DNA of 55,339 nucleotides from Candidatus Saccharibacteria bacterium RIFCSPHIGHO2_12_FULL_47_17. Lineage in GTDB: Bacteria > Patescibacteriota > Saccharimonadia > Saccharimonadales > UBA10212. Where the stretch lies: assembly GCA_001790575.1 (NCBI GenBank), contig MGCV01000004.1, positions 1-55,339 on the forward strand, given 5' to 3'. Under the pieces are notes generated by a model that saw nothing but the letters and a program-made list of their open reading frames with translations, searched no databases and was not told the DNA's origin. This document shows positions 1 to 7,986 of this stretch, piece after piece. The translations under genes and the position numbers were made by a program. The first letter of the stretch is position 1. Each line of letters opens with the position of its first letter.

Positions 1-175
1 AGTCTTGATTTGGCTTATAGTGTTGGGAGAGGCGGTTAGCAAAGTCACTGCGGTAGCTACGCCCTTGTCGGAGAGCGTTGTCGCCATGCCCAATTTTCGG
101 GTTAGCAGTGCCTTCATTAACAGCGTCCTTTGCGCGTTTTAAAGTTATTAAATCCTTCAGGTAAATTTGAAGCAT
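1..175 (-). CDS. hypothetical protein, 5' fragment (gene runs off the left edge)
   Basis: Minus strand read by eye: ATG at 175-173, then 58 sense codons (MLQIYLKDLITLKRAKDAVNEGTANPKIGHGDN...) open to position 1. No domain recognised and no SD. Confidence 0.25.
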   Translation of the reverse strand, partial: MLQIYLKDLITLKRAKDAVNEGTANPKIGHGDNALRQGRSYRSDFANRLSQHYKPNQD

Positions 176-312
176 ATTAAAAAACTCTTAGCCTCAGTAG
201 TATCCACCACATTTAATGAAGCGGACTGGCTAAGACCAAGATTGCAAAACTGCAATAGTTACAGATTAACATAATTAAACAACCTCTGTCAATCTGTAGT
301 AAAAATTACAGT

Positions 313-330
313 CGGCCTCAGGTGAGGCCG
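313..330 (-). terminator. putative terminator hairpin downstream of the YjbQ-like gene
   Basis: GC-rich stem CGGCCTCA/TGAGGCCG. On the minus strand it is followed by ACTGTAATTTTTAC. It lies about 100 nt past the stop at 427. Confidence 0.35.
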
Positions 331-408
331 GAGGTCTGTCCTTGAACAAGGTAAGTAAATAGTCGTTTTTACCAAAAAACACATTGCCTTTTTTCAAGGA
401 CAGACCTC
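331..408. repeat. 16-bp perfect inverted repeat with 46-nt spacer
   Basis: GAGGTCTGTCCTTGAA (331-346) and its exact reverse complement TTCAAGGACAGACCTC (393-408). The AT-rich spacer contains a smaller GGTAA/TTACC stem. Confidence 0.6.
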
Positions 409-426
409 ATCGCAAGGTCGGACCTC

Positions 427-816
427 TTATATTGTAGTTACAATCAACTTGCGCTGTCGTGGGCCATCAAGCTCGACCAAAATAACTCTTTGCCAAGTTC
501 CCGCAACCAGTTTGCCATCACGAACCGGTAAGCTAACAGAAGGTCCAATTATCGAACTTGCTAAATGGGCCGGTACGTGTAATGGATCATGAGGGTGACG
601 ATATTTGAGTTTCGGTATCATCTCCCAGACCGCGTCAAGCAGGTCAAGATCAGTTCCCGGATCTAAATCGGCAGTCGTCACGGCGCAAGTCGTATGGGCT
701 ACAAAAACATTGCATAGCCTATCGCTAGGTTCAATCAGGCTATTTATTTGGTCGGTAATGTCAATTACCTGACGGTTTTGGCTGGTTTTAATTGTCAGCT
801 TACTAGCTTTAGCCAT
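427..816 (-). CDS. YjbQ/UPF0047 family protein (secondary thiamine-phosphate synthase-like)
   Basis: 129-aa ORF with the family-typical order: QVIDITDQI, VFVAHTTCAVTTAD, DPGTDLDL, HVPAHL, G.WQRV.LVELDGPR.R. Confidence 0.8.
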   Translation of the reverse strand: MAKASKLTIKTSQNRQVIDITDQINSLIEPSDRLCNVFVAHTTCAVTTADLDPGTDLDLLDAVWEMIPKLKYRHPHDPLHVPAHLASSIIGPSVSLPVRDGKLVAGTWQRVILVELDGPRQRKLIVTTI

Positions 817-821
817 GCATC

Positions 822-828
822 TATAATA
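822..828. promoter_or_regulatory. overlapping divergent -10 boxes in a 24-bp intergenic gap
   Basis: Plus strand has TATAAT at 822-827. Minus strand has TATTAT at 828-823, followed by 6 nt (agatgc) and the ATG at 816. Confidence 0.35.
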
Positions 829-840
829 ACTAACTTTTGA

Positions 841-1296
841 TTGGCAGACTTAGTTGAGGCATTATATAAGCATATGAAGTTTTATAAAGACGGCGATTCA
901 TATGTCGTTATTCTGAAATTGGGCGAAGAGCTGTTTGGATCCCTGGCTAATTTCGCCACGCAAAACAATCTAAAAACTGCTTGGTTTGAGGCTTTTGGCG
1001 CCACCAAGGAAGTGGAGCTTGGCTATTACAATTTAGAGGCGCAAAAATACGTTTGGCGTGTCTTTAGTGGACCGCTGGAAATTACCGGACTGCAGGGCAA
1101 TATTGCCCAAAAAGACGGTCAGCCGGTATTTCATGCCCATGGATCGTTTGCGGATGAATCTTATAATGTGGTTGGCGGTCACATAAAAAAATTAGTTGTG
1201 GCCGGAACTTGTGAATTGTTCATAACACCATTGAATCTGAAGCTAACACGTCAGCTAGACGATGAAGTCGGCCTAGAACTACTTCAAGCCGAATAG
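841..1296 (+). CDS. PPC (DUF296) domain DNA-binding-like protein
   Basis: 151-aa ORF. The pattern GEEL...L..FA....L..A.F.A.GA, then G.L.ITGLQGNI...DG.P.FHAHG.FAD, then GGH is typical of PPC/PCC1-type domains. The ORF-track start is TTG at 841; an in-frame ATG at 874 (MKFYKDG) is an equally plausible start. Confidence 0.65.
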   Translation: MADLVEALYKHMKFYKDGDSYVVILKLGEELFGSLANFATQNNLKTAWFEAFGATKEVELGYYNLEAQKYVWRVFSGPLEITGLQGNIAQKDGQPVFHAHGSFADESYNVVGGHIKKLVVAGTCELFITPLNLKLTRQLDDEVGLELLQAE

Positions 1297-1326
1297 AAGG
1301 CTACTACATCTTATTTTTGGCGCTTG

Positions 1327-1410
1327 CCTCGCACTAAAACCTGAGCGGAGTAATCCCTCACCTGCTTGCAAGTGAGGGATTATGAAGCTTCAAGTTTTTA
1401 GTGCTGAGGT
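1327..1410. terminator. long compound hairpin between convergent genes (bidirectional terminator candidate)
   Basis: Inner 10-bp stem AATCCCTCAC (1352-1361)/GTGAGGGATT (1372-1381). Outer arms CCTCGCACTAAAAC (1327-1340)/GTTTTTAGTGCTGAGG (1394-1410) have two bulges. No clean U-tract directly abuts either side. Confidence 0.4.
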
Positions 1411-1418
1411 CGCAGCAA

Positions 1419-1754
1419 TCACATCTTGATCTCAGCATCACATCCGGCTGGCAGGCTGAGGTTCATCAAAGAGTCAACGGTTTTAGGCGTGGGATCAGTA
1501 ATGTCAATTAAGCGTTTATGAACCCGCATCTCGTATTGTTCGCGGCCTTTTTTGTAAACATGCGGACTTTTAACAACGGTGAAGGTACTTCTGCGGGTGG
1601 GTAGAGGAATTGGTCCGGCAATGTTGGCGCCAGTCCTCAAAGCCGTCTCCACGATTTGTTTGGCTGATTGATCTATAACTTTGTGATCATAGGCCTTCAA
1701 GCGGATCCTAATCCGCTGCTTAATCTCTGGTTCCTTTTTTGCTGAATCTACCAT
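1419..1754 (-). CDS. rpsJ: 30S ribosomal protein S10
   Basis: 111 aa with [12 protein letters not shown]......IVETA.RTGA...GPIPLPT and RLIDI, a canonical S10 sequence. Confidence 0.95.
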   Translation of the reverse strand: MVDSAKKEPEIKQRIRIRLKAYDHKVIDQSAKQIVETALRTGANIAGPIPLPTRRSTFTVVKSPHVYKKGREQYEMRVHKRLIDITDPTPKTVDSLMNLSLPAGCDAEIKM

Positions 1755-1755
1755 A

Positions 1756-1944
1756 TTAATATCGGTAGAGTTTCGGTGTTATGTATCGTTCGGTTTCCAA
1801 AATAAGACTTATGGCTATGACTATATCGATCGAACTACTGACGGTAATACTGCGCACATTATTAACAAGACGCATATTGAACGGAGAAAGAATTGTCATA
1901 CTGTGATGATTAAAGACTGGGTATTCTTTTTTTGAATCAGCCAT
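1756..1944 (-). CDS. small hypothetical ORF filling the tuf-rpsJ spacer
   Basis: The 62-aa ORF fills the gap exactly: TAATG overlap with the tuf stop, and its TAA lies 1 nt before the rpsJ ATG. Its N-terminus MADSKKEYP resembles those of rpsJ and fusA. No homology recognised and the region is AT-rich. Confidence 0.25.
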   Translation of the reverse strand: MADSKKEYPVFNHHSMTILSPFNMRLVNNVRSITVSSSIDIVIAISLILETERYITPKLYRY

Positions 1945-3125
1945 TATTTTACGATTTTTGTAACCACGCCAGCGCCAACGGTGCGACCACCTTCACGAAT
2001 GGCGAAGCGCAAGCCCTGCTCCATGGCAATCGGTGCTTGCAATTTGACTTTGAAGGTAACCGTATCGCCGGGCATAACCATCTCTTTATCGGCTGGTAGT
2101 TCAACTTCGCCGGTTACATCAGTGGTACGGAAGTAAAATTGCGGCTTGTAGCCTTTGAAAAATGGCGTGTGTCGACCACCTTCCTCTTTAGTCAAAATGT
2201 AAACCTCAGAGTCAAACTCGGTGTGCGGCGTAATCGTACCCGGCTTGGCCAAGACCTGGCCACGTTCAATGTCATCGCGCTCAATACCGCGTAGTAGCAC
2301 ACCCACATTGTCTCCAGCTTGGCCTTGGTCGAGATTCTTCTTGAACATTTCTACACCAGTTACAACCACTTTCTTGGTTGGGCGAATACCAACGATTTCA
2401 ACTTCTTCGTTGACTTTAACAACACCGGTTTCCACCCTGCCGGTGGCGACTGTACCGCGGCCTTTGATGGAGAAAACGTCTTCCACAGCTAACATGAATG
2501 GTTTTTCCAGATCGCGCTTGGGCTCTGGGATGTAATCATCCATCGCCTTAACCAATTCCATGACAGCATCTTCGTTGGCCGCGTCGCCTTCCAGAGCTTT
2601 AGTCGCCGAACCTTTGATAATTGGACAGTCGTGATCAAACTCGTATTTAGCCAACAGATCTCTGACGTCCTCTTCGACTAGATCAACCAGCTCAGGATCA
2701 GCCAGGTCCATTTTATTGAGAAAGACAAGGATACTTGGTACACCAACTTGCTTAGCTAATAGTACGTGTTCACGGGTTTGGGGCATCGGTCCGTCAGCTG
2801 CCGATACAACTAAAATGGCACCGTCAATCTGAGCGGCACCGGTAATCATGTTCTTGATGTAGTCAGCGTGGCCTGGCATATCGACATGAGCATAGTGGCG
2901 CTTTTCGGTCTCGTATTCCTGATGGCTAGTTGCGATGGTTATACCGCGGGCTTTTTCTTCGGGAGCATTATCTATCTGGTCATAGGTGACGGGCTTGTTA
3001 ATGTCACTGGGTAGTTTTTTGGCCAGCACAGCCGTAATAGCTGCAGTTAGAGTAGTTTTACCGTGATCAACATGACCCATGGTACCTACGTTAATATGCG
3101 TTTTACTTCGATCAAAATCTGCCAT
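1944..3125 (-). CDS. tuf: elongation factor Tu
   Basis: 393 aa with [18 protein letters not shown] and NKMD GTPase motifs. SD AGGAGA lies upstream. Confidence 0.97.
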   Translation of the reverse strand: MADFDRSKTHINVGTMGHVDHGKTTLTAAITAVLAKKLPSDINKPVTYDQIDNAPEEKARGITIATSHQEYETEKRHYAHVDMPGHADYIKNMITGAAQIDGAILVVSAADGPMPQTREHVLLAKQVGVPSILVFLNKMDLADPELVDLVEEDVRDLLAKYEFDHDCPIIKGSATKALEGDAANEDAVMELVKAMDDYIPEPKRDLEKPFMLAVEDVFSIKGRGTVATGRVETGVVKVNEEVEIVGIRPTKKVVVTGVEMFKKNLDQGQAGDNVGVLLRGIERDDIERGQVLAKPGTITPHTEFDSEVYILTKEEGGRHTPFFKGYKPQFYFRTTDVTGEVELPADKEMVMPGDTVTFKVKLQAPIAMEQGLRFAIREGGRTVGAGVVTKIVK

Positions 3126-3198
3126 TTATTTCTCCTAACTAATTAGCTTGATAACTTTTGCATGCGAATAGTAATCACCCCCATGCGGTTATCAGAAA

Positions 3199-3204
3199 AT
3201 TATA
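3199..3204 (-). promoter_or_regulatory. candidate -10 box for tuf
   Basis: Minus strand reads ACCTATAATTTTC. The TATAAT lies about 74 nt upstream of the tuf ATG, just past the stop of the upstream FabD-like gene. Confidence 0.3.
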
Positions 3205-3211
3205 GGTAAAC

Positions 3212-4156
3212 CTAACCAGTTTGTAAAGGGACTCTCTCTTTAAAAGTTCTCTTCATGGAAAATGGTATCACTCCATGATTTTCGACCATTTGACGAAGCA
3301 ATCTTTCTTTTTCGTCCGGTCCCATTTCATAAGCTCCGTTTATTCCATCGTTCGCCATCGTTTCAAGCACTGCATCAAAATCAGCATGCTCGGTAATTTG
3401 TCGTATTAAATGCTTTTTAGCAACTACGGGTGATGTTATATAAAAGCCTGTATTCGAAACTACTGCAATTCTCGGTTCATTGAATTTAAAGTTGTCTAGA
3501 ACCTCTTCATATGGTTCTACGACAGGTTTTAGCAATTCTGAGTGATATGGGCCATCAACTTCTATATCTTCAGTTCGCCGTGCTCCATCTTCTATGGAGT
3601 CTACCTTGGACTGTTCAACCTCTTCGTGACCGCCTGTGATAATAAAATGTTTTCTTGCTCTGTCCCTCATGACAGCAAATGTTGCACCTGTTTTTTTCAA
3701 AATTGGCTCAAGTCTATCTTCTGCTAACCCAAAGATCAGTGCCATTTTGCCGGCCTTACCATACTCGCTTATCATCCTGGCGCGTTCAGCTGCAGCTAAA
3801 ACCGCGTGAGGATAAGATTCAAATATTCCGGAAGCCCCGTAAGCAGCAAAAATGCCTAAACTTAAGGCTCCCACAACTGCCGCTTCCTGCTCCTTAATCT
3901 CTCTGTATGCTGCATATTCGGCCAAATCAGTTGTTATTATTGCGGGTTGAACAATCTCAGGATATCTTTGCAGGTGTGTTAGGCTTCCAAAGCAGACTTT
4001 TGCCATATCAATCCCGACGAAGTCACTGACCTCTTGGTATACAATTTTGGCAGCCCCAAACCGATTGCGGACTTTTTTGCCCATACCAGGGCCGAAAATG
4101 CCTTGCCCATCAAACAGTACAGCATCATCATTTGGTCCAAATCTCGTCTCAGTCAT
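3212..4156 (-). CDS. FabD-like acyltransferase (malonyl-CoA:ACP transacylase fold)
   Basis: Matches E. coli FabD landmarks by eye. VLFDGQGIFGPGMG matches FVFPGQGSQ.GM. VQPAIITT matches TQPALLT. GALSLGIFAA matches GHSLGEYSA (Ser kept, His replaced by Leu). GKMALIFGL matches GAMAAIIGL. GPYHSELLKP matches VPSHCALMKP (His kept). I prefer the start MTETRF at 4156, one nt after the upstream TAG, over the overlapping 4213 start. Confidence 0.7.
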   Translation of the reverse strand: MTETRFGPNDDAVLFDGQGIFGPGMGKKVRNRFGAAKIVYQEVSDFVGIDMAKVCFGSLTHLQRYPEIVQPAIITTDLAEYAAYREIKEQEAAVVGALSLGIFAAYGASGIFESYPHAVLAAAERARMISEYGKAGKMALIFGLAEDRLEPILKKTGATFAVMRDRARKHFIITGGHEEVEQSKVDSIEDGARRTEDIEVDGPYHSELLKPVVEPYEEVLDNFKFNEPRIAVVSNTGFYITSPVVAKKHLIRQITEHADFDAVLETMANDGINGAYEMGPDEKERLLRQMVENHGVIPFSMKRTFKERVPLQTG

Positions 4157-4157
4157 T

Positions 4158-4406
4158 CTAAAGTCCTGGGTCAAGCTGTAAATAAGCGTCACGTCTTGCG
4201 CTCTTCGCAGCACCGTTCATTCTCCGCGCGACCCTCAAACCAAAAAAAGGTAATTTTGTGCCTACAAAACCAACAGTAGTCGAAGCTTCAAATAACTCCT
4301 TAATTATTCGTGCTTGGGAACCGTCCATAACTGAGCGGGCTTTTCCGACCGAAACATCAGGACGAAATGGATACAATATAGTAATTGCTTCTGGCAGTGG
4401 TTTCAT
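4158..4406 (-). CDS. hypothetical basic 82-aa protein, coupled to the FabD-like gene
   Basis: The ORF ends in TAG one nt before the FabD-like ATG. A -10 box lies 8 nt upstream of its ATG. No domain recognised. Confidence 0.4.
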   Translation of the reverse strand: MKPLPEAITILYPFRPDVSVGKARSVMDGSQARIIKELFEASTTVGFVGTKLPFFGLRVARRMNGAAKSARRDAYLQLDPGL

Positions 4407-4414
4407 TTAACAAG

Positions 4415-4420
4415 ATTATA
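4415..4420 (-). promoter_or_regulatory. -10 box (TATAAT) for the 82-aa/FabD-like pair, leaderless geometry
   Basis: Minus strand reads TTGTATAAT-cttgttaa-ATG(4406). The box starts 4 nt after the fusA stop. Confidence 0.4.
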
Positions 4421-4423
4421 CAA

Positions 4424-6511
4424 TTATTTGCCGGTTTTAGCAATAATACCGGCCGCCACGTTACTGGGCACATCGGCATAGTGGTCCAGTTCCATCGATG
4501 ACGAAGCCCTGCCCTGAGTCATGCTCCTAAGATTGGTGACATATCCAAACATTTCGCCAAGTGGCGCAAAAGCCGTGATTTCCTTGATTCCGGGCGATAA
4601 ATCTATCATTGATTCGATGCGGCCGCGTTTGGAATTAAGATCGCCAATCACATCACCCATAAACCCCTCAGGTGTGACAACCACAATTTTCATAATTGGT
4701 TCCAGCAGTACCGGTGCAGCTTTCTTGACAGCATCCTGGAGGGCGGCCGAGCCGGCTATTTTGAAGGCTACCTCAGATGAATCAACATCGTGGTAAGAGC
4801 CATCATACAACTCAACCTTAACGTCGACTACCGGATAACCGGCTATCACGCCATTAGCCATAGCTTCCTCGATACCAGATTTTATGGCCGGGATGAACTC
4901 GCTGGGAATGGCGCCGCCTTTAATACTGTTAATAAATTCAAAACCTTTGCCGGCTTCGTTTTGGAAGATTCGGAGCCAACAGTGTCCGTACTGACCGCGG
5001 CCGCCAGTTTGACGAATGTATTTACCTTCAGCCTCAACGCCGTCTTTACGAATGGTTTCGCGGTAAGCAACCTGCGGCTCACCAACATTGGCATCAACCG
5101 TAAACTCTCTTTTCATACGATCAGCAATTATCTCAAGATGTAATTCACCCATTCCAGAGATGATCGTCTGGCCGGTCTCGTGATTGATCTTCATTCTAAA
5201 AGTTGGATCTTCTTCGGCTAGCCGCTGCAAGGCTTGACTCATTTTTTCCTGATCGGCCTTAGTTTTAGGTTCAATAGCAATACTGACTGGTGGATCGGGA
5301 AAAGTGATACTTTCTAAAACAATCGGATGCATCGGATCGCATAGAGTATTACCGGTGGTGGTACCTTTAAGGCCTACAATAGCGGCAATGTCGCCAGCTT
5401 CTATTTCGCTAACATCCTCGCGTTTATCGGCATGCAGACGGACAACCCGGCCAACTCTCTCTTTTTCGCCGGTCGAACTATTAAGAATATAGCTGCCAGC
5501 TACGATTTTACCTGAGTAAACTCTAAAGAAGGCCAGTTTGCCAACAAAAGGGTCGGTGGCAATCTTGAAGGCTAAAGCGGCAAATGGTTCGGAGGCGTCT
5601 GGCTTACGTTCAACTTCATCACCGTTTTTAGGATTTGTGCCCCAAGTCGAACCACGGTCTAGCGGTGAGGGCAGAAAATCGGTAACAGCGTCAAGCAGCC
5701 TCTCGACGATGACGCCCCGACCATCCCCGCCAGTAACGGCAAAAAACTTACCGGTCAACACCGCCGTGCGAATAGCCTTACGAATTTCGTCTTCTGATAG
5801 TCCCTCTTCGCCAACCTCCAGATACTTTTCAAGCATTTGCTCATCTTCAGCCACAGCATTCTCAACCAAAAGCGAACGGTATTTTTTGACTTGATCGGTC
5901 ATATCGGCTGGTATTTCGCCTTCGATCAAGTTTTTGTCATGGTACTCCTTATATGTGTAAGCCTTCATGCTAATCAGATCAACCACGCCTTTGACGTTTT
6001 GTTCAAAGCCAATTGGTAGATGAATTGGAAAAGCCCGTTTGGACAGCCGGTGATGGATGCTTTCTAGACTCTTATAAAAATCGCCGCCGGTTTGGTTAAT
6101 TTTATTAATAAAGCAAAACCTCGGCACGTTGTATCTATCAGCTTGGCGCCAAACGGTTTCGGATTGTGACTCAACACCCATCTTGCCATCAAAGACCACC
6201 ACCGCTCCATCAAGTACTCGCAAGCTACGTTCGACCTCAACCGTAAAGTCAATATGGCCAGGCGTATCAATGATGTTAATTTTTTTGTCGCCCCATATGC
6301 AAGTTACAGCCGCGGCTGTAATGGTAATACCGCGTTCTTTTTCCTGAGCCATCCAGTCGGTTGTAGTATCGCCAGCATGAACTTCGCCGATTTTATGCTT
6401 TAAGCCAGTTCGATAAAGAATCGCTTCGGTGGTGGTCGTCTTCCCGGCATCAATATGGGCAATGATGCCGATGTTCCTTAAATCTGTAAGTGGATATTTT
6501 TTGTCAGCCAT
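4424..6511 (-). CDS. fusA: elongation factor G
   Basis: 695 aa with [20 protein letters not shown] and NKINQ motifs; canonical EF-G throughout. Confidence 0.97.
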   Translation of the reverse strand: MADKKYPLTDLRNIGIIAHIDAGKTTTTEAILYRTGLKHKIGEVHAGDTTTDWMAQEKERGITITAAAVTCIWGDKKINIIDTPGHIDFTVEVERSLRVLDGAVVVFDGKMGVESQSETVWRQADRYNVPRFCFINKINQTGGDFYKSLESIHHRLSKRAFPIHLPIGFEQNVKGVVDLISMKAYTYKEYHDKNLIEGEIPADMTDQVKKYRSLLVENAVAEDEQMLEKYLEVGEEGLSEDEIRKAIRTAVLTGKFFAVTGGDGRGVIVERLLDAVTDFLPSPLDRGSTWGTNPKNGDEVERKPDASEPFAALAFKIATDPFVGKLAFFRVYSGKIVAGSYILNSSTGEKERVGRVVRLHADKREDVSEIEAGDIAAIVGLKGTTTGNTLCDPMHPIVLESITFPDPPVSIAIEPKTKADQEKMSQALQRLAEEDPTFRMKINHETGQTIISGMGELHLEIIADRMKREFTVDANVGEPQVAYRETIRKDGVEAEGKYIRQTGGRGQYGHCWLRIFQNEAGKGFEFINSIKGGAIPSEFIPAIKSGIEEAMANGVIAGYPVVDVKVELYDGSYHDVDSSEVAFKIAGSAALQDAVKKAAPVLLEPIMKIVVVTPEGFMGDVIGDLNSKRGRIESMIDLSPGIKEITAFAPLGEMFGYVTNLRSMTQGRASSSMELDHYADVPSNVAAGIIAKTGK

Positions 6512-6513
6512 AA

Positions 6514-6966
6514 TTATATTTGCACGGTCCTATCTAATATCTTTCGGCTCATTCTAGATGCTACCTGTTGGGCTGTTTTGTCATGCTTAGTTGTTGGTAA
6601 TTCTTCCTCGACTGCTAGTTCTTCTTGAAGCCCTTTATTATCAAGTAGCTTTTTCACTGCCAGACAGGTTTTAGGTTTCTCGCCAAGAACTGGCATCGGA
6701 CAGCCCTGCATGATTTCAGCAACTTCTTCTGGAGTTGCATCTTTAGAAGATAATCCTAGATCTATTCGAGATATAAGTCTTCGCGAGCTCAGAGCGACTA
6801 TCGCTAATCGTTCTGTGTTTGATGTAAAACCTTGGGCTATACTCTGCCACGAACCGGATTGCTTCATATACTTATCGATTTCATAGCCTAGCGGAGAATT
6901 TCCCAGTCTCCTTCTGAAGACACATCGGGCACAAGGCTCCACCATAACTCTTTCGGCGCCTATCAT
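6514..6966 (-). CDS. hypothetical 150-aa protein inserted between rpsG and fusA
   Basis: Tight junctions: rpsG TAA-att-ATG upstream and TAA-tt-ATG into fusA. Four Cys residues are arranged CxxC...Cx11C. No family recognised. Confidence 0.5.
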   Translation of the reverse strand: MIGAERVMVEPCARCVFRRRLGNSPLGYEIDKYMKQSGSWQSIAQGFTSNTERLAIVALSSRRLISRIDLGLSSKDATPEEVAEIMQGCPMPVLGEKPKTCLAVKKLLDNKGLQEELAVEEELPTTKHDKTAQQVASRMSRKILDRTVQI

Positions 6967-6969
6967 AAT

Positions 6970-7449
6970 TTAGGACCTCGCAAAATGGGCGAAGGCGCGG
7001 TTGGCCTCGGCCATTTTATGAACATCTTCTTTTTTCTTAACCGCTGCACCAGCACTGTTATAAGCATCAACCAGTTCGACGGCAATCCGATCTTCCATCG
7101 GCAGGCCTTTGCGCTCCCGAGCGGCTGTCACAAACCACATAATCGTCAAATGCTGCTGACGTTGACCCTTAACCTCAAACGGAATTTGGTAATTGGCGCC
7201 ACCCACCCGACGAGCCCTTGTTTCTAGATGAGGCTGGATGTTCTTGAAAGATTTTTCTAAAACTTCCAGGGGGTTATCAACTTTTAGTTTGTTGGCCGCT
7301 TTTTGCATGCCAGAGTAGACCATTCGTTCGGCTAGCTGCTTTTTGCCGTTGAGCATAACGCGGTTAATCAGTTTGGCGACTTGCTTGCTGTTATATAGGC
7401 GGTCAGGCTCCACATCCCGCATTAGTGACTTAGTGGTCTTCCTTGGCAT
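6970..7449 (-). CDS. rpsG: 30S ribosomal protein S7
   Basis: 159 aa with the GKK..AE.I.Y, R.VGGA.YQIP.EV and AN.A.AH.R pattern. Confidence 0.95.
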   Translation of the reverse strand: MPRKTTKSLMRDVEPDRLYNSKQVAKLINRVMLNGKKQLAERMVYSGMQKAANKLKVDNPLEVLEKSFKNIQPHLETRARRVGGANYQIPFEVKGQRQQHLTIMWFVTAARERKGLPMEDRIAVELVDAYNSAGAAVKKKEDVHKMAEANRAFAHFARS

Positions 7450-7859
7450 TATTTGCCCTTCTTAACACCATACTTAGAACGGCCTTTTTTACGATCTTGC
7501 ACACCTTGCAGATCCAGGTGTCCACGGACAATGTGGTAACGAACGCCCGGCAAATCTTTCACCCGGCCGCCGCGGACTAAGACCACGGCGTGTTCTTGCA
7601 AGTTATGCCCTTCACCGCCAATGTAGGCCCAGACCTCATGGCCGTTGGTCAGACGGACGCGAGCAACCTTACGCAGAGCTGAATTAGGTTTTTTTGGCGT
7701 CTTGGTTGTTACTCGAATACAAACACCGCGCTTAAAAGGCGAAGGCTTCTCATAGCTTTTGGTTTTAAGATTATTGACCACGCGGTCAAGCGCCGGCGAA
7801 CCCGGCTTCTTTAAAACCTTCTTTCTTGATTTTCGGACTAGTTGGTTAATGGTTGGCAC
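7449..7859 (-). CDS. rpsL: 30S ribosomal protein S12
   Basis: 136 aa starting [10 protein letters not shown], with [19 protein letters not shown] and VRYH.VRG. GTG start preceded by an AGGAGG SD. TAATG overlap with rpsG. Confidence 0.95.
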   Translation of the reverse strand: MPTINQLVRKSRKKVLKKPGSPALDRVVNNLKTKSYEKPSPFKRGVCIRVTTKTPKKPNSALRKVARVRLTNGHEVWAYIGGEGHNLQEHAVVLVRGGRVKDLPGVRYHIVRGHLDLQGVQDRKKGRSKYGVKKGK

Positions 7860-7986
7860 TAGACGACACCTCCTGCGTCTTCGTTTTCAATTTTCCGTTT
7901 TCCGTTTGCTATGCCAAGGTTAACAGTAAACTGATAACGCATTGTGAACGGTAAACTGTGAAAGGTAAATTGCTCGGTGAATTTTA

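Noticed and set aside
4157-4213. Longer start (4213) for the FabD-like gene, and the overlapping plus-strand ORF 4034..4279.
   Set aside because: The long form overlaps the upstream 82-aa ORF by 56 nt. The ATG at 4156 lies 1 nt after that ORF's stop, and the FabD homology begins right after it.
4158-4406. The 82-aa protein as an acyl carrier protein partner for the FabD-like enzyme.
   Set aside because: It has no DSL-type phosphopantetheine attachment motif, and it is strongly basic whereas ACPs are acidic.
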